In this document: one piece after another, positions 11,031-24,046 of the stretch
Numbering within the stretch: the first letter of the stretch is position 1
Layout: each line of letters begins with the position of its first letter
NCBI GenBank assembly: GCA_035084275.1
Contig: JAYJKW010000425.1
Location: 124,001-188,000, forward strand
Direction: 5' to 3'
Length of the DNA stretch: 64,000 bases
From: Hydrolagus colliei
Lineage: Eukaryota
Made by a program: the position numbers and the translations under genes
Notes under the pieces: generated by a model
The model's database searches: none
What the model was told of the DNA's origin: nothing
The model's input: the letters and a program-made list of their open reading frames with translations, nothing else

Positions 11031-11169
11031 GAAATGTAAATCGGACTTGTTCTTAGGTAAGTGAGTGTGCGTGAATGATGTATCAAGCCACCCTGAAGTG
11101 AGCTCCAGAACAGATCAAATAATAAAACTCATTTGAATCTCAATGGTTTCCCAAATTCCTGCTTCTAAT

Positions 11170-11600
11170 TGAGAAGGCGCTGAACTGTCCGGTCGGGACA
11201 CGAACGCTGTGGGGGGGGGGGGGGGGGGGGGGGAGGGTTTGAGGTTGGGGGAAGGAGAAGGAGAGAGTAGGAGAGGGGGGGAGAGATAGGAGGGAAGCAG
11301 AAGGAGTGGTCGAAGAGGAAGGTCTGGAGACCGGCCTTGAAGGAGGAAAGGGAGGAAGCGAGTCGAAGGGATTGCGGGATGGAGTTCCGGAGTGCAGGGT
11401 GGGTGGGGGCAGAGAGAGAGAGAGAGAGGCTGAAAGCCCGGCCACCGATGGTCGGGGACGGTGGGTGTGTGTGGGGGGGGGGGGGGGGGGACATGGAGAA
11501 GGCCAGAGCCCGGTGAACGGAGGGGAAGGGTGGGCTAGTAGGGAGAAAGCACGTCGGAGCGATAGGCATCTTCATGATGGGAGTGCATCCAAAGGGCAGG
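11170..11600 (-). mobile_element. L2-like LINE 3' fragment
   Basis: Translation GGRAFS...LRNSIPQSLRLASSLSSFKAGLQTFLFDHSF matches the L2 ORF end seen at 33330-33460. Confidence 0.8.
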
Positions 11601-13101
11601 CGCAAATAATCAGTGACGTACTTTCTCAATTCTCATCACCATTTTGCTGTAGCCACTTTCTACAGCAGCTCGTGTGGCTTCGTGTTGTCAACTGGGCGCT
11701 GATACTCAAGGAAACCCATCAGCCCCACGCTTCAATGTCTCCAAACGCAACTCAGATGTCCATCCGTCCCAAAGAGCTCAATTTCCATCCACTCAAGGAA
11801 ACCCATCACCCCCACGCTTTAATGTCTCCAAACACAACTGAGATGTCCATCCATCCCATCTACACATGAGAAACCCAAGAGATAGATTGTTGGAATAGAA
11901 CATGCTATCTCTCGCTCTCTCTCTCTCTCTGGAGCTGACCTAATTCTGGAATATCAGGCGTTTGTGTACCCCGCTATGTTCTGGAACTCCCTCCCCCACT
12001 CCCTTCGCCCCCCCCCCCCCCCTCCCCCTCCACCTCACCCCTTCCCTCTCCTCCTAGTTTCACGTCTCAGCTGAAGACCCTTCTCGTTGACCGCGCCTTT
12101 GGTCACCTTTCTACTCCTGCCTCTGGCTCAGGCCCGGGATCCATTATTCTGAAGCACTCTGTAGAATTCTTCTCCCACGATCAAAGGCTCGGAAGCATCC
12201 CAACCGAGATTGCGACTGTCGAGATGCAGTAACTGTGCCTTTTAGGTCAGTCGGAGGAGAGCGATTGTTTTCGCAGAATCCACTGTGTGTTTCGTGGGCG
12301 AAATGTGGCAGCCAATTGCACATGGCAGTGTCCCGCACAAACAGTCATGGATTGAGGGACCAATTTTTTTGGGTGGAAGGAAATATTACCCCGAGAAAAG
12401 CCAATCAAGTCACACCCGGGTTCCTACTGGTTGTTGGTGAACAGGTGTGTGGATTGAGGAAACTTGCCCAACATTTTGTCCCGCCAGGAATCGAACCAAC
12501 GAGTGTCGTGCAACTCACCATTTTGTTTCTCTCCCGCAGAGCGCTCTACGAACGCCTGGCATTCAGTGTGGATTCAGCAGTCAAGCCTTCAGCCTCTCTG
12601 CCCCCAACCCTCTGGAACTCCATCCCACAGTCCATCTAACATAACCCTCTCCTTCCCTCCCTCGACTCCTTGACGACCAACCATGGCCTTCACTCCAACC
12701 CACTCCCACCTCCACACCCTCCAGATACCAACCACCAGCTCAGCCCACAAGCTGATTGCATTCCTCCTTCCACCATTTTGTCTGCCACTCCCTCCATAAG
12801 CAGTACGTTTTATTATTGGTTAATATCAATCCTTGAGTTCGGTACTCAGCCTTATGCACAACTTCGAGATGTGTACAACGTCTCAAAGACGTTTCCCAGT
12901 ATACGCTGTGAAGTGAATCGACTGCTTCACTTGTGGGTGAAACCTGGCAGCCAATTGCGCACAGATTTTATTGTGACGAGATTTTAAAAAATATTTTGAT
13001 TTTTTTTCAAGGAGTTAGTACCTCCCAGAAAAGCGATCAATCAATCAGCTGACCAGTGAGTTCCTTCTTACTGCTCATAAACAGAGGTATGTGTGTGTAT
13101 G

Positions 13102-13133
<32 letters not shown>

Positions 13134-15034
13134 TGTATGTGGATGAAGGAAACTTTGCCCAACTTTTCACACTGTCAGGAATCGAAACTGGATCACTTCG
13201 TTCGCCTACACAACTGAAACATCGCTCTAGAAACTGTAAACAACAACAAGAATAGAACGGCCATGCTCTTATTGAATGGTGGGGCAGGCTTGAGGGGCTG
13301 AATGCCTACTCCTGCTCATAATTCTTACGTCCTGAAGTTCCGAAAATATTACTGGCATTCACGCTGTCCAATCCTTGCGTTTGACACAGTGTCTTGTCAC
13401 TTTAAAGCGTCTGAAAGCGCTTCACAGTATACGCTGTGCAGTGAACTGACTGCATACTTTGTGGGCGAAACACAGCAGTCAATTGTGCATGTCATCGTCC
13501 CCATAAACAGTCGTGGATCAAAGGGACCCAATTTTATATATTTTTTGAGGGTTGCGGGGTGGGTGGGGGTGGGGGTGGGGGGAGAATAATTTATTACAAC
13601 AACAACAACAAAATGACACTTGTATAGACAGAACCTTGCATAGACAGGACATCCCCGATGAGCTGGACATTCAATGCTTCAGACACAGTAAACAGGGGGC
13701 AGAGTCCACAGAGAATACTGTAATGGCCTGTTTAATCATCCCAAACACTATATAGTTGGACTTTTAATTGCAAATTCCAAAAGAACATTTACACCACATC
13801 AGCAGGACGTCCCAAGGCGCTGGACGTCCTCCTGACGTGAAAGGCGCTCTATAAGTTTAATTTGTTGTTGTTGTTGTTGGGCAATCACGGATTTGGACAA
13901 GGGTGGCGGCTGTGATCGGCAAGGGTGGAGGGCAGGGAGGGTAGGGGTAGGAAGGTGACTGGAGGGACAATAAAGTTCCACCTTGTTAGTCCGATGAAAA
14001 TGATGTGTCCGCGTGTTAAAAACACTTGAAATTTCTCCACATCCGCCCAATCCCACCTGTGTTCAAATCCACCTGTGGCCTCCGCGCTATCTAATCCACC
14101 TTCGTTGGCTTGGGCGTCTGTGCTCGCTCCCGCCTGGTTTCTGGATGGCTTGCAAGTCACGAGAAATCCAGGGAGGCGTAAATCGCCAGTGTCTGATCGT
14201 CAGCCTGAGGCTTGGGAAAGAACGGCAACGACAATGACAAGATGACACTTATAGACACTTGGGGACGGGCAGAGCTGATAGGGAGAAAGTAGGTCAGAGA
14301 GATAGGCGGGGTGCTGGGGGGGTACTTGAAGGCGAGGACCAGGATCCAGGATTGAGGACGAGAGACATTGGATAATAATCTGATCATACAAATCCTCGCG
14401 CCCCGTGACAGCAACTCGTCACTTCTTCTTCGAGACATCTCAAAGCGCTTTGCAAGCTGTCATCCACCGCAAAGCGGACGGACCAGACGTTTCGGGTGAA
14501 AATGGCAGCCCATTGTGCACAGAGATGTCCCCTCATCCATTCGTGGGATTGAGTGATCAATGTTTTGTTTCACCTGAAGGAATTATCACCTCCTAGAGAA
14601 GCCCCGTCCCACCTCAGGAATCCAACCCTGGCCCCTCTCTTACAAGGCGAGAGCTCTAACCAATGAGCTCCATCTTTGGGTTGACAGTATGAGGAATAGC
14701 TGGTTGCATAGAGCCTAACGATACAAATTGTCCACCCATTTGGGGCCATTGGCTGAGAAACGCAATACAGAGTGACACTTGTCTATACGCCCTTCAAACC
14801 TGAAAGATAGACACGAGCTGGAAGTCGTGATCGAGAGGGGTGGAGGGCATGGGATGGAGGTGAGATGGTGACCAAAGAGGCATGTCTTTACGATGGCCTG
14901 AAGAATGCAGGGAACAGGTAAGGCAGAGGGACTCTGGGAAAGGCAAGCTCTCATTGGGCAAACCATGTTTCAGACACCGGCAGTCACCACAATAGATACA
15001 CTGGGCTCCTCCCAAGCCTTGGCTCTCTCCAACC

Positions 15035-15530
15035 AACATAAGACCATAAGAACATAAGAAATAGGGGCAGGAGTAGGCCATTCAGCCCCTGAAGCCTGCT
15101 CCGCCATTCAATAAGATCATGGCTTATCCCCATATCCCCTCATCCCTCTATTTTTGAAAAACCTCTCAGTCTCAGCATTGAAAATGTTCAAGGACTGAGC
15201 ATTTGCAGCCTTCTGGGGAGGGAGTGAATTCCATAAACTCACTACCCTCTGAGTGAAGAAATGTTTCCTCAACTCTGTTCTAAAAGGCTGACCCTTCACT
15301 TTAAGACTATGACCCCTGGTTATAGATTCTCCTACCATTGGAAACGGTCCCTCGGGGCCTACTTTATCTAGCCCTTTAAGAATCTTATATGTTTCAATAA
15401 GATCCCCCCTAATTCTTCTGTCCTCTGGAGAATACAGCCCTGGTTTATTCAACTTATCCTCATAAGTCAGTCACCTCATCCCAGGAACTAACCTAGTGAA
15501 TCTGCACTGACCCCCCTCTAAGGCAAGTAT
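15035..15530 (-). mobile_element. CR1-like LINE 3' fragment
   Basis: LYSPEDRRIRGDLIETYKILKGLD...TRGHSLKVKG...FFTQRVVSLWNSLP, with (AAGAACAT) tail. Confidence 0.9.
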
Positions 15531-15532
15531 GA

Positions 15533-15732
15533 NNNNNNNNNNNNNNNNNNNNNNNNNNNNNNNNNNNNNNNNNNNNNNNNNNNNNNNNNNNNNNNNNNNN
15601 NNNNNNNNNNNNNNNNNNNNNNNNNNNNNNNNNNNNNNNNNNNNNNNNNNNNNNNNNNNNNNNNNNNNNNNNNNNNNNNNNNNNNNNNNNNNNNNNNNNN
15701 NNNNNNNNNNNNNNNNNNNNNNNNNNNNNNNN
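15533..15732. other. Assembly gap (N run)
   Basis: Run of n. Confidence 1.
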
Positions 15733-17070
15733 TCCACCCGCACATCCCCACACACACCCACAGCCACACGCACCCACACCCCACACCCCCCACAAACACA
15801 CACACACCTACACACACAACACACACACCCCGCCACCCCCTCCCCACGCCACACACACATCTCGTATACACACACAAACCCCCCCCACACACCTCCACCC
15901 CATGGACACCCCCCTACCCCACACCCACCCACACACAACTCCTCCCCATCCGACAAACACCCCCATACACAAACAGCCACCCCACACACACACACCCACA
16001 CCCCCACCCCACACACACCCACTCCCCCACCCCACACACATGCACACACATCCACACAAACACACATCCACACACACACACAAACATGCTCACACACCCT
16101 CACCCCCACACACCCACATACCTCCCCACCCCAACACACACACACACTCATCCACACAAACACCCACACACTGACACGCACACCCACCCACACATACACC
16201 CGCAAACACCCCCCCACCCCCCTCCGACATACACAAACCCCACACAGACACCCAAGACACACACCCACACCGCACACACACCCCGTCCACACACACACCC
16301 ACCCCCACACACAACCCCCCATGCCACACTCACCCACACACCCACCCCCCTACACACAAACACACCCACCCCACACACCCCCCCCACACAGACCTACACA
16401 TTCCCCTAGCCCTCACACACAAACCCACCCCCCACACACACACACTCCCACACACACAACCCGTGCTCACACATACACCCCACACCCACACACCCACCCA
16501 CACAACACCCTGCCACACACACCCCGTATACACACACATACATACCCACTCCACACAAACACCCCGACAGCAACTACCCCCCCATACACACACCCACACA
16601 CCCCCCCCAACCCCACACACTCACACACACCCCCAACCCCCCCACATACACATCCACACACTCACACCCTCACCCCCAACACACCCACACACACTCCCTC
16701 ACACACAAACACACTGACACACCCACAACCCCCACACACACTCCCCGACCCCACACACATCCACACACAAACCCACCCCACACACATCCACACACACGTT
16801 CACACACCCTCACCCCCATACACACCCACCTCCCCACCCCAACACACACACTCACCCACACATTCACACACAAACACACCCACACACCCACATTCTTCCC
16901 CCACAAACACACCCACCACCCCACACACACCCCTCATACTCCCACACCTACACCCACATATACCCCACCACACACTCCACAGGCACCCCCCCCAACACAC
17001 ACACACACCTCCCACCCACATACATCCACATCCCCACCCCACCCACACCCACACACACACCTACCCACCC
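15733..17070. repeat. Degenerate C/A-rich (CACACC) low-complexity array
   Basis: Almost only C and A on the + strand. It yields the spurious H/T/P-rich ORF 15529..17217. Confidence 0.9.
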
Positions 17071-17954
17071 ACATGTTCCTTCGTTATACCAACTAAAAGC
17101 TTTGTGTCCATTCTGATATCAATCATAATCCTGATGCTGTCTCGCCATCTCAGTTACTTGGTCTCAGTGGAAAGTGAAAGTGTGACTGCCTCAGGGGCAG
17201 AATCTGAGGACGGCTGAAAGATTGACTCAGAGATTACTGATTGGAAACATGTCAGGGGGTTGGTGATCATTGTCGGTTCGTACGTTTATTTAAGAAACAA
17301 ATTTGTCTCTAAACTCATGACGGTTTCTGGGACCAATACTGTGACAAATGGATTGTCCCTTTTAACCACGTTAACTTCACAGTGTAGTCTGGGAAGTGGT
17401 TTTTGGCTCATATTAAAAACCCTCACAAGAATCCCCAGATTAAGCGGCTGTTTCTGAGTAAATCCGTCATCAGGCAGGGAACTCGTGGACATTAGATTGT
17501 CAGGCCTGTGAGCAGATAATTATTATTAAGAGTCTTTATCGTCTTAAAATAAAACACGGCGATCAAAGGTAAAGAGAAGGGATTGAAGATGAACTCTCAT
17601 TACAGTTGATAACAAGAAACCAATACGAAAATGTGCTTTTTTTTCCAAATAATTCAACCCGTTTGCTTTTAACTGAGAACACACAGCTGTGGAGTGACGT
17701 TGCTCTTTGATTAAGCTTTATATGAACAGATGCGATTGTCGACTCTATTGTTCTTGATGTGATTCCTACTCAAGACCGTGACCTCAACCACATCACCAGC
17801 CTCTGATCTGGAGTCAGTCACACTCACGTGTTAACAGGCAGTTGTCGGCTTCTCTTAACACAACAGGCCGGGGTTTAGAGCAGGAAAATGTAGCAGGAAC
17901 AAAAACAGCCGGAACTGGTCTCCTCACAGACAAGCGTCTCAGAGAACTTATAAT

Positions 17955-18346
17955 AATAATAATGTTAATAACAATAATAATAATAATAATCCTTGCATTT
18001 GATATAGCGCTTTCCACATCTTATCAACGTCCCAAAGCGCTTCACAGAATATACTGTAAAGTGAATTGACTGTATATTTGTGGGCGAATCGCGGCAGCCA
18101 ATTGCGCAAAGCAGTGTCCCACGAACAGTCGTGGATTGAAATGACCGATTTTATTATTGTGGTTTTTTTTGGAGGGATTATTATTAAGCGTGTGTGTGTG
18201 TGTGTATATGTGGAGTAAGGAAACTTGCCCAAGGTTTCGCTCTGAGCTGCCTGGATTCGAACACAGGTCACCCCAGCTTGGTCTCCCCAGCTTGGTCTCC
18301 CCAGTTTGCAAGACAAGTGCTCTAACCACTGAGCCACAGGAGCTCC
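17955..18346 (-). mobile_element. Full-length tRNA-derived SINE with L2-like tail (family reference copy)
   Basis: Head GGAGCTCCTGTGGCTCAGTGGTTAGAGCAC, B-box GTTCGAATCC, (CA)n core, tail AAGCGCTATATCAAATGCAAGG(ATT)n. Confidence 0.9.
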
Positions 18347-19061
18347 ACTTAACACTGGCGGAGTCTAACTCTGTGCAGAGGGTGACCATGGTCCAATGCA
18401 AAACTTTTAATTGAGACATGAAAGACGGGAGTCAATTGGGGGAGAGTGTTCCAGGGTTTGGCGTCATTGAAAGCATGAGCTCTGATGGTGGGTCGGCAGC
18501 TGTGAGAGATGAGCAAGAGGATGATGGTAGTCGCGCTGAGGCGACCAGGGGTGGATTGGTGAGCGAACAGTTCGTGCTGATAGTCAACGTTTGCTGGCTT
18601 GGGATCGAACAACACCAATGAGAAGGCGCTCATGATATCACAGCGTGTCAAGCGCAAATGCATCAATTGATAAATAAATGCAAGTAGTTTCTCATGAATA
18701 ATATTTATTATTTTGGCAATAATGGAGAACAATTGTCAGTACAGATCAGATGTTAACAGATCAGATATTATCAGGTGTACCAAACAAATTCTGCATTATT
18801 GCATTGATGTTGTTGTGGCAATCTCGAGAGAGGCTGTCACCAAGAACACAGATAACTGCAATAATTGGACAGTATGTCGGTTCTATCTGTCCAATATTCT
18901 ACTCAAAGCGAATGCCATTTTCTTTGTGGTGATGACACTCGCTCTGTTTTCGCCTATTAAGTGACAATCACAAATCCAACCCTGTTTATAGCAGCTGCAG
19001 CCTGCAACAAAAACCAGCAGCTGGTGGGAACACTGATATCAGTTACACTGATATGAAGAAA

Positions 19062-19248
19062 NNNNNNNNNNNNNNNNNNNNNNNNNNNNNNNNNNNNNNN
19101 NNNNNNNNNNNNNNNNNNNNNNNNNNNNNNNNNNNNNNNNNNNNNNNNNNNNNNNNNNNNNNNNNNNNNNNNNNNNNNNNNNNNNNNNNNNNNNNNNNNN
19201 NNNNNNNNNNNNNNNNNNNNNNNNNNNNNNNNNNNNNNNNNNNNNNNN
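19062..19248. other. Assembly gap (N run)
   Basis: Run of n. Confidence 1.
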
Positions 19249-19799
19249 GGAGGGAGGACGGACAGACGGGAGTGAGGGACGGAGAGTATATCTTTACTCT
19301 ACAGTATACATGTGGGCGAAACCTGGCAGCCAATTGTGCACAGCAGTGTCCCATAAACAGTCATGAATTGAAGTGACTAATTTTTTTGAGTGATTATTAT
19401 TGGATATGTAGAGTAAGGAAACTTATCCAAAGTTTCGCCCTGCCTGTGATTGAACCCAGATCTCTCGCTTGTAGGGCGAGTGCTCCAACCACTGAGCTAC
19501 AGGAATACCTTGTTATGGCTCATCTCCTATATTCAAGGAGTATTCAAATTGTGGCCAGAGCCTCTGGTATTCCTTCCCTTAGCCTCGGTTGCATCCCATC
19601 CAAAAAGATGAACTTTGTAATTTAAGCGGTGAAAGCGATGAGTCGTCACTAATTGTCATAGAATCCTAGCATTATCAAGCACGGATAGAGGCCATTTCAT
19701 CCACCAATCGTCACTGCCACTTTGAAAAGTGCTTTGCATGGGAATGGAATTGGTTTGAAACATAAATTTAAATCAGAATCGCCCTTCATTTAACATTAA

Positions 19800-21000
19800 C
19801 AACTTGGATTCATATGTCTGTTGTGCCTGGCAGTCTCGGGCCAAGAACTCAAGGCTGGGGTAGCAGGGAAGGGGGATGTGCAGATGGATATAGTCGAACA
19901 GGAAGACCTTCGGGCAATACCTGAAAATAGTAATGGAAAGTCTATGGTGACGGAATCAAAGAACAGTTTTCTAGAGTTTCGGGCCTTGGAAAATAAAACT
20001 TAGCCACTAATGCTGGAAGGTAGAGCACGATGGATGAACAGAAGTCCAGAGCCATCGAGTAAATGCAGCAAACTACAGGTTGATGGATAAGCAGGTCGAA
20101 TGTTTCGCAAAATGTCAGGGCATGAAATTATTTGAAAATGCTTCTGAAAATCCTGAAATCAAACCATTCGCCGTTAAGCTTTAACACCATTGGATGTTGG
20201 GATGAAAAGTTGGGATGAATCTCTGGAGTATTGCAGGTGTACGTGTGCCAATTAAGAAGGATAGAGACGTAGAATACAAGACGCCGATGGGAGCCAATGT
20301 GTATTGCTTCTGTCTTGTCAAGAAGGCGATTGTGGTTGAGGAAGAGGTGGGAGGAAAAAGTGTAGGTTTGGGGTACACCATAGTTAACGGAGCCATATTG
20401 TTGTAGGTAAACTGAATGCATTGGGTTGGGTTGGACTCTAATCAGGCTAATGCTTTCTTACTGAGGGGATGGGCGAGAGGAGGTGGTGATTAAGGATGTT
20501 GTGCTTGAATGTGTCGAACACAGTGGAAATGTACAAGAGGGTGAGAAGGCAGAGGGATTCGTGGTCACAGACAGAAAAGACATCGTTCATGATCTTTGCA
20601 AGCAAAATGTTGCAGGCAGGGCTGAAACCAAACTGAAGTGTCTCAATGAGGGGAGTGGAGTGAGAGGAGAGAATGAAGCAGGTTAGTGATAATGCATTCT
20701 AAAGCTTTGACAAAGATGAACAAATTGGAAATGGGCCAGTAGTTTGGGAGGTTGGAAGGGTCAAGGGCAGTGCCAGCTCTTGTAGGTTAACAAAATTTGA
20801 GGAGAACGAATGACTGTGTTCAACAGCAGCGGGAGTGATAGGGAGGTTGGCTGACCAGCGATTGGGTGGGGAGGGAGTTGAAGCAGTATGTGGTCTGCTG
20901 CTTCTAGGAGAAGGTCACTGAGATGGATGTGGGAGCATTCAGGAAAAAGGCACTTTGGGAAGTGTTGAAATTTCCGATCCCGAGGTTGTAAATTTGACTC
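19800..21000 (-). mobile_element. Old degraded L2-like LINE fragment
   Basis: Relic RT translations (VNYGVPQ, DKTEAIHIGS) with many lesions. Confidence 0.55.
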
Positions 21001-21344
21001 GACAATACAATATGTTGCAGTGAGTTTTATTATACGCAGAGTGGATGCAACATGCATTGAATATTATAAAACAAATGTCTAATCAAACCATACTACCTGT
21101 AAGAGCTGATAGCCATGGACCTCGTCTACTTCTCTGGATCTCAATCATTCTCTCTCCTTCTCGCTGGAAAACTTCTCTTCTAACTTTCCTTACCCCACAA
21201 ATGACTTTTTATACCCTACTCTCGGGGCTCATTTTCTAAAAAGCCCTCCCCACTTCTCGTTCTGCACATACTCCATTTAATCAATTTCTGTCTTGGCGCC
21301 AGCCTGACTGAGTGTTGATACTATATTTCTCTTTACATAACGTA

Positions 21345-21495
21345 AAATACTACAGATGCTGGAAGTATGAAACAAAAACAGAGACCTGGCAAAACCGAGC
21401 AGTTCTGATGATGGATTGTGGATGCAAAACGTTGACTCACGTTCCTTTCTCCATGGATGCTGCCTGACCTGCTCAGTTTTCCCAGCTCTTTGATT
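21345..21495 (+). mobile_element. Short Penelope-associated/hammerhead-like repeat (degenerate)
   Basis: CTGATGA at 21405, then AAAACGTTG and CCATGGATGCTGCCTGACCTGCT, which is shared with 31375-31485. Confidence 0.5.
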
Positions 21496-21871
21496 TTTAT
21501 TTTTATTTCTATTTGTCCTGTCGAAGATAGGGCTTTGACTAAGTACGCTTTGTATCTGGTGTTTGTCTGTTTTGTCATGCGAGCCCATTAGTGAATTCCT
21601 TACGCATTTCGAGAGAAGGAGAGAGAGTGATTTGGAGATCTGGAGAAGTAGTTGACCAAAACGGGATATTCCTCTGTTATCAATATCCCGTGATGTTACC
21701 ATAAGTTTCTAACTTAAACGATCTGCTAATTAATTGGGCTTTTTGAGAACATCTTGCTGTTTGTTTGAGAGATCCGAATCTTAAGAGGTGTTGCGCCGAG
21801 AACCTGTATCAGGTTAACTTGGACCGTTAGCTCAAGGTGAATGTGAGGGCTACCATTAATTGGTGATACTT

Positions 21872-23700
21872 GAAACAACAACAACAACTTCGATTTATAT
21901 AGCGGTAGGACGCCGGGCGGTATCTCAGAGGGCGTCACCACAACGCATCTCTGGACTGAGCCAGGGGTGGGGTTAGAAATGTGACCAAAGGCACGGTCGA
22001 AGGGAATGGTCTTCAGCTGGAACAAGCAACTGGGAAAAGAGGGGACGAGGCAGAGGGAATGAGGAAAGGAGTTCCAGAGCCTCAGAGCGTAGTGGCTTAA
22101 AGCACGGCCAACGAGGGCGGAGGATTCGGGGGACAAAATGCAGGCCAGACCTGGATGACCGATGGCAACGGGATCTGGTTTGAGGAGAGAGGAGGTCGAA
22201 TAGATGGGGGGGTTGGGGGTGCAGAGAAGTGGAGAGATTTGAAGACAGGGGTGAGGATCTTGAAGTGGTTCCTATCTGGGCTAGAGAGCCTGTGACGTCT
22301 GGCAAGGACTGAGCTAATGGGGGAGCGAAGTTTGGTGCGGGTGAGAATGTAGGCAGCAGAGTGTTGATTGAGGTGGATTTTATGGATTGTGATGGAGGGG
22401 AGACCGGCGAGGAGGGCGTTGTAATAGTCCAGCCGAGATTTGGCAAAGGCATAGACTAGGGCTTCAGATGCTTCCGGGGCGAGATATTGCTGGAGACTGA
22501 GGTGGAAGAAAACGATGCTGGTGAGGGTCTGGAGGTGAGGGGGGAAGTACAATTGGGGGTCGAACCTGACGCCAAGGTTGCGCACAAGTTCGGAGGATTT
22601 TATGGGCCGGCCAGGAAGGTGGAAGAGGTGAGAGCCATGCGAATGCAGACGTTGACAAGAAACAAAGAGTATGGCTTCTGTCTTGTCAACATTCAGCTGT
22701 CGGACGTTCACGCTCATCCAGCCCTTGGTCTTTACCAAGGGCTGGATGAGCAGGCTGACGTAGTGTCAGGGGACTGGCGGTCGCAAAGTGGCTTGGAAAA
22801 ATAAAGTTCGGTGTCATCTGCGTACATGTTGAAATATACCGAATGTCTGTCGATGGCGTACTTAAGAGGGAGCGTGTAGATGAGGAAGAGGAGGGGACCA
22901 ACAGTTTAGCCTTGGGGTACCCTACAGGTAACTGGGTGAAAGCGAGGGGGAAAGACGTTTGTGGAGTGTATTGCTGACGGTTTTTGCGGTAGGACTCGAA
23001 CTAGGCGAGTTCGGTCCCACTGAGGTGAATGACGGAGGGCAGCCGTGGAGGAGGATGGCATGGCCGATTGTGTGGAATGCAGTGGACAGGTCCAGGAGGA
23101 TAAGGAGGCAGAGGGAGACCTAGTCGCAGATAGAGAGTATATCGTTTGTGGCTTTCTCAAGTGCAGTCTCTGTACTGTGGGAAGGGCAGTAATCGGAATG
23201 GCGTGCTTGCAAAAGGGTGTCATTCGAATGCTTCGGCAAGGATGTCCAGGATTGAAATAGGGTGGTAGTGGCTGGGGTTTGAGGGATCAATGCCAGGATT
23301 TTTGAGTGGGGATTGTTGGCAGCAGTTTTGAGGGGAGCAGGGACTGATATTTTGAGGATGTCAGCTAGCAGTGAGCAAAGGAGCTGGTTGACCAGTAAAT
23401 TGGTGACAAGAGGGTCGAGGCAGCAGTTGGTGGGCTTCGTAGTGGTGATGGCACGTAAGAGGGAGGAAGGAGATACTGCGGAGAAGGAACATAGCAATAG
23501 GTCGTGAAAGGAACGGATAAAGTGGAGGTTGAGGGTTACGGAATGGGGTTGGTGGTTGTGGTCGACGAGAGGCAGGAGGATGATGCTGTCTGGCGGATAT
23601 TGTGGATTTTGGAGGTGAAGAAGTCCATAACCTTCTCGAACTTTTTATTTGAAGTGAAGATTGTGGATGCTTGAATGGGCGCATGGAGGAGGTGGTGGGA
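21872..23700 (-). mobile_element. 5'-truncated L2-like LINE with frameshifted reverse transcriptase
   Basis: RT motifs [37 protein letters not shown], and a (TTG)n tail at about 21875-21890. Confidence 0.9.
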
Positions 23701-24046
23701 AAACTTGCCCCTTTGTTTAAAACGGATCCCCTTATTCCATTTAGTCAGTGAAAACCAGCAGTTGTTTATCCTGTGGCTATCAGCATTTCATACTTTCTAC
23801 ATTGGTTAATTAATGTTCCTTTATTAGTATGCTATAATTTATATATTCTAACAATATGTGTGTTGCTTATACTTCACCGCAAGTTAGCGAATTAAATCTA
23901 CCTGCATGATAAGGGAAAACAAGGTGACCTCTGATGGGGATTCATGTAGGATGCAGATGTTTGGGCAGAAGTAGGAGGAAGAAAATAAAGCACTTACAAA
24001 GACAAAAATACACCATATTTGCTGGTACGTGATTTCATGTCTGACT

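Noticed and set aside
15529-17217. 562-aa His/Thr/Pro ORF
   Set aside because: It spans an N-gap and a CA-rich array.
17200-17506. Possible decayed C1 exon on the minus strand (AKNHFPDYTVKLTWLKG)
   Set aside because: Cys-FP and P-W spacings are each off by one, there are multiple stops, and no second-Cys motif is in frame.
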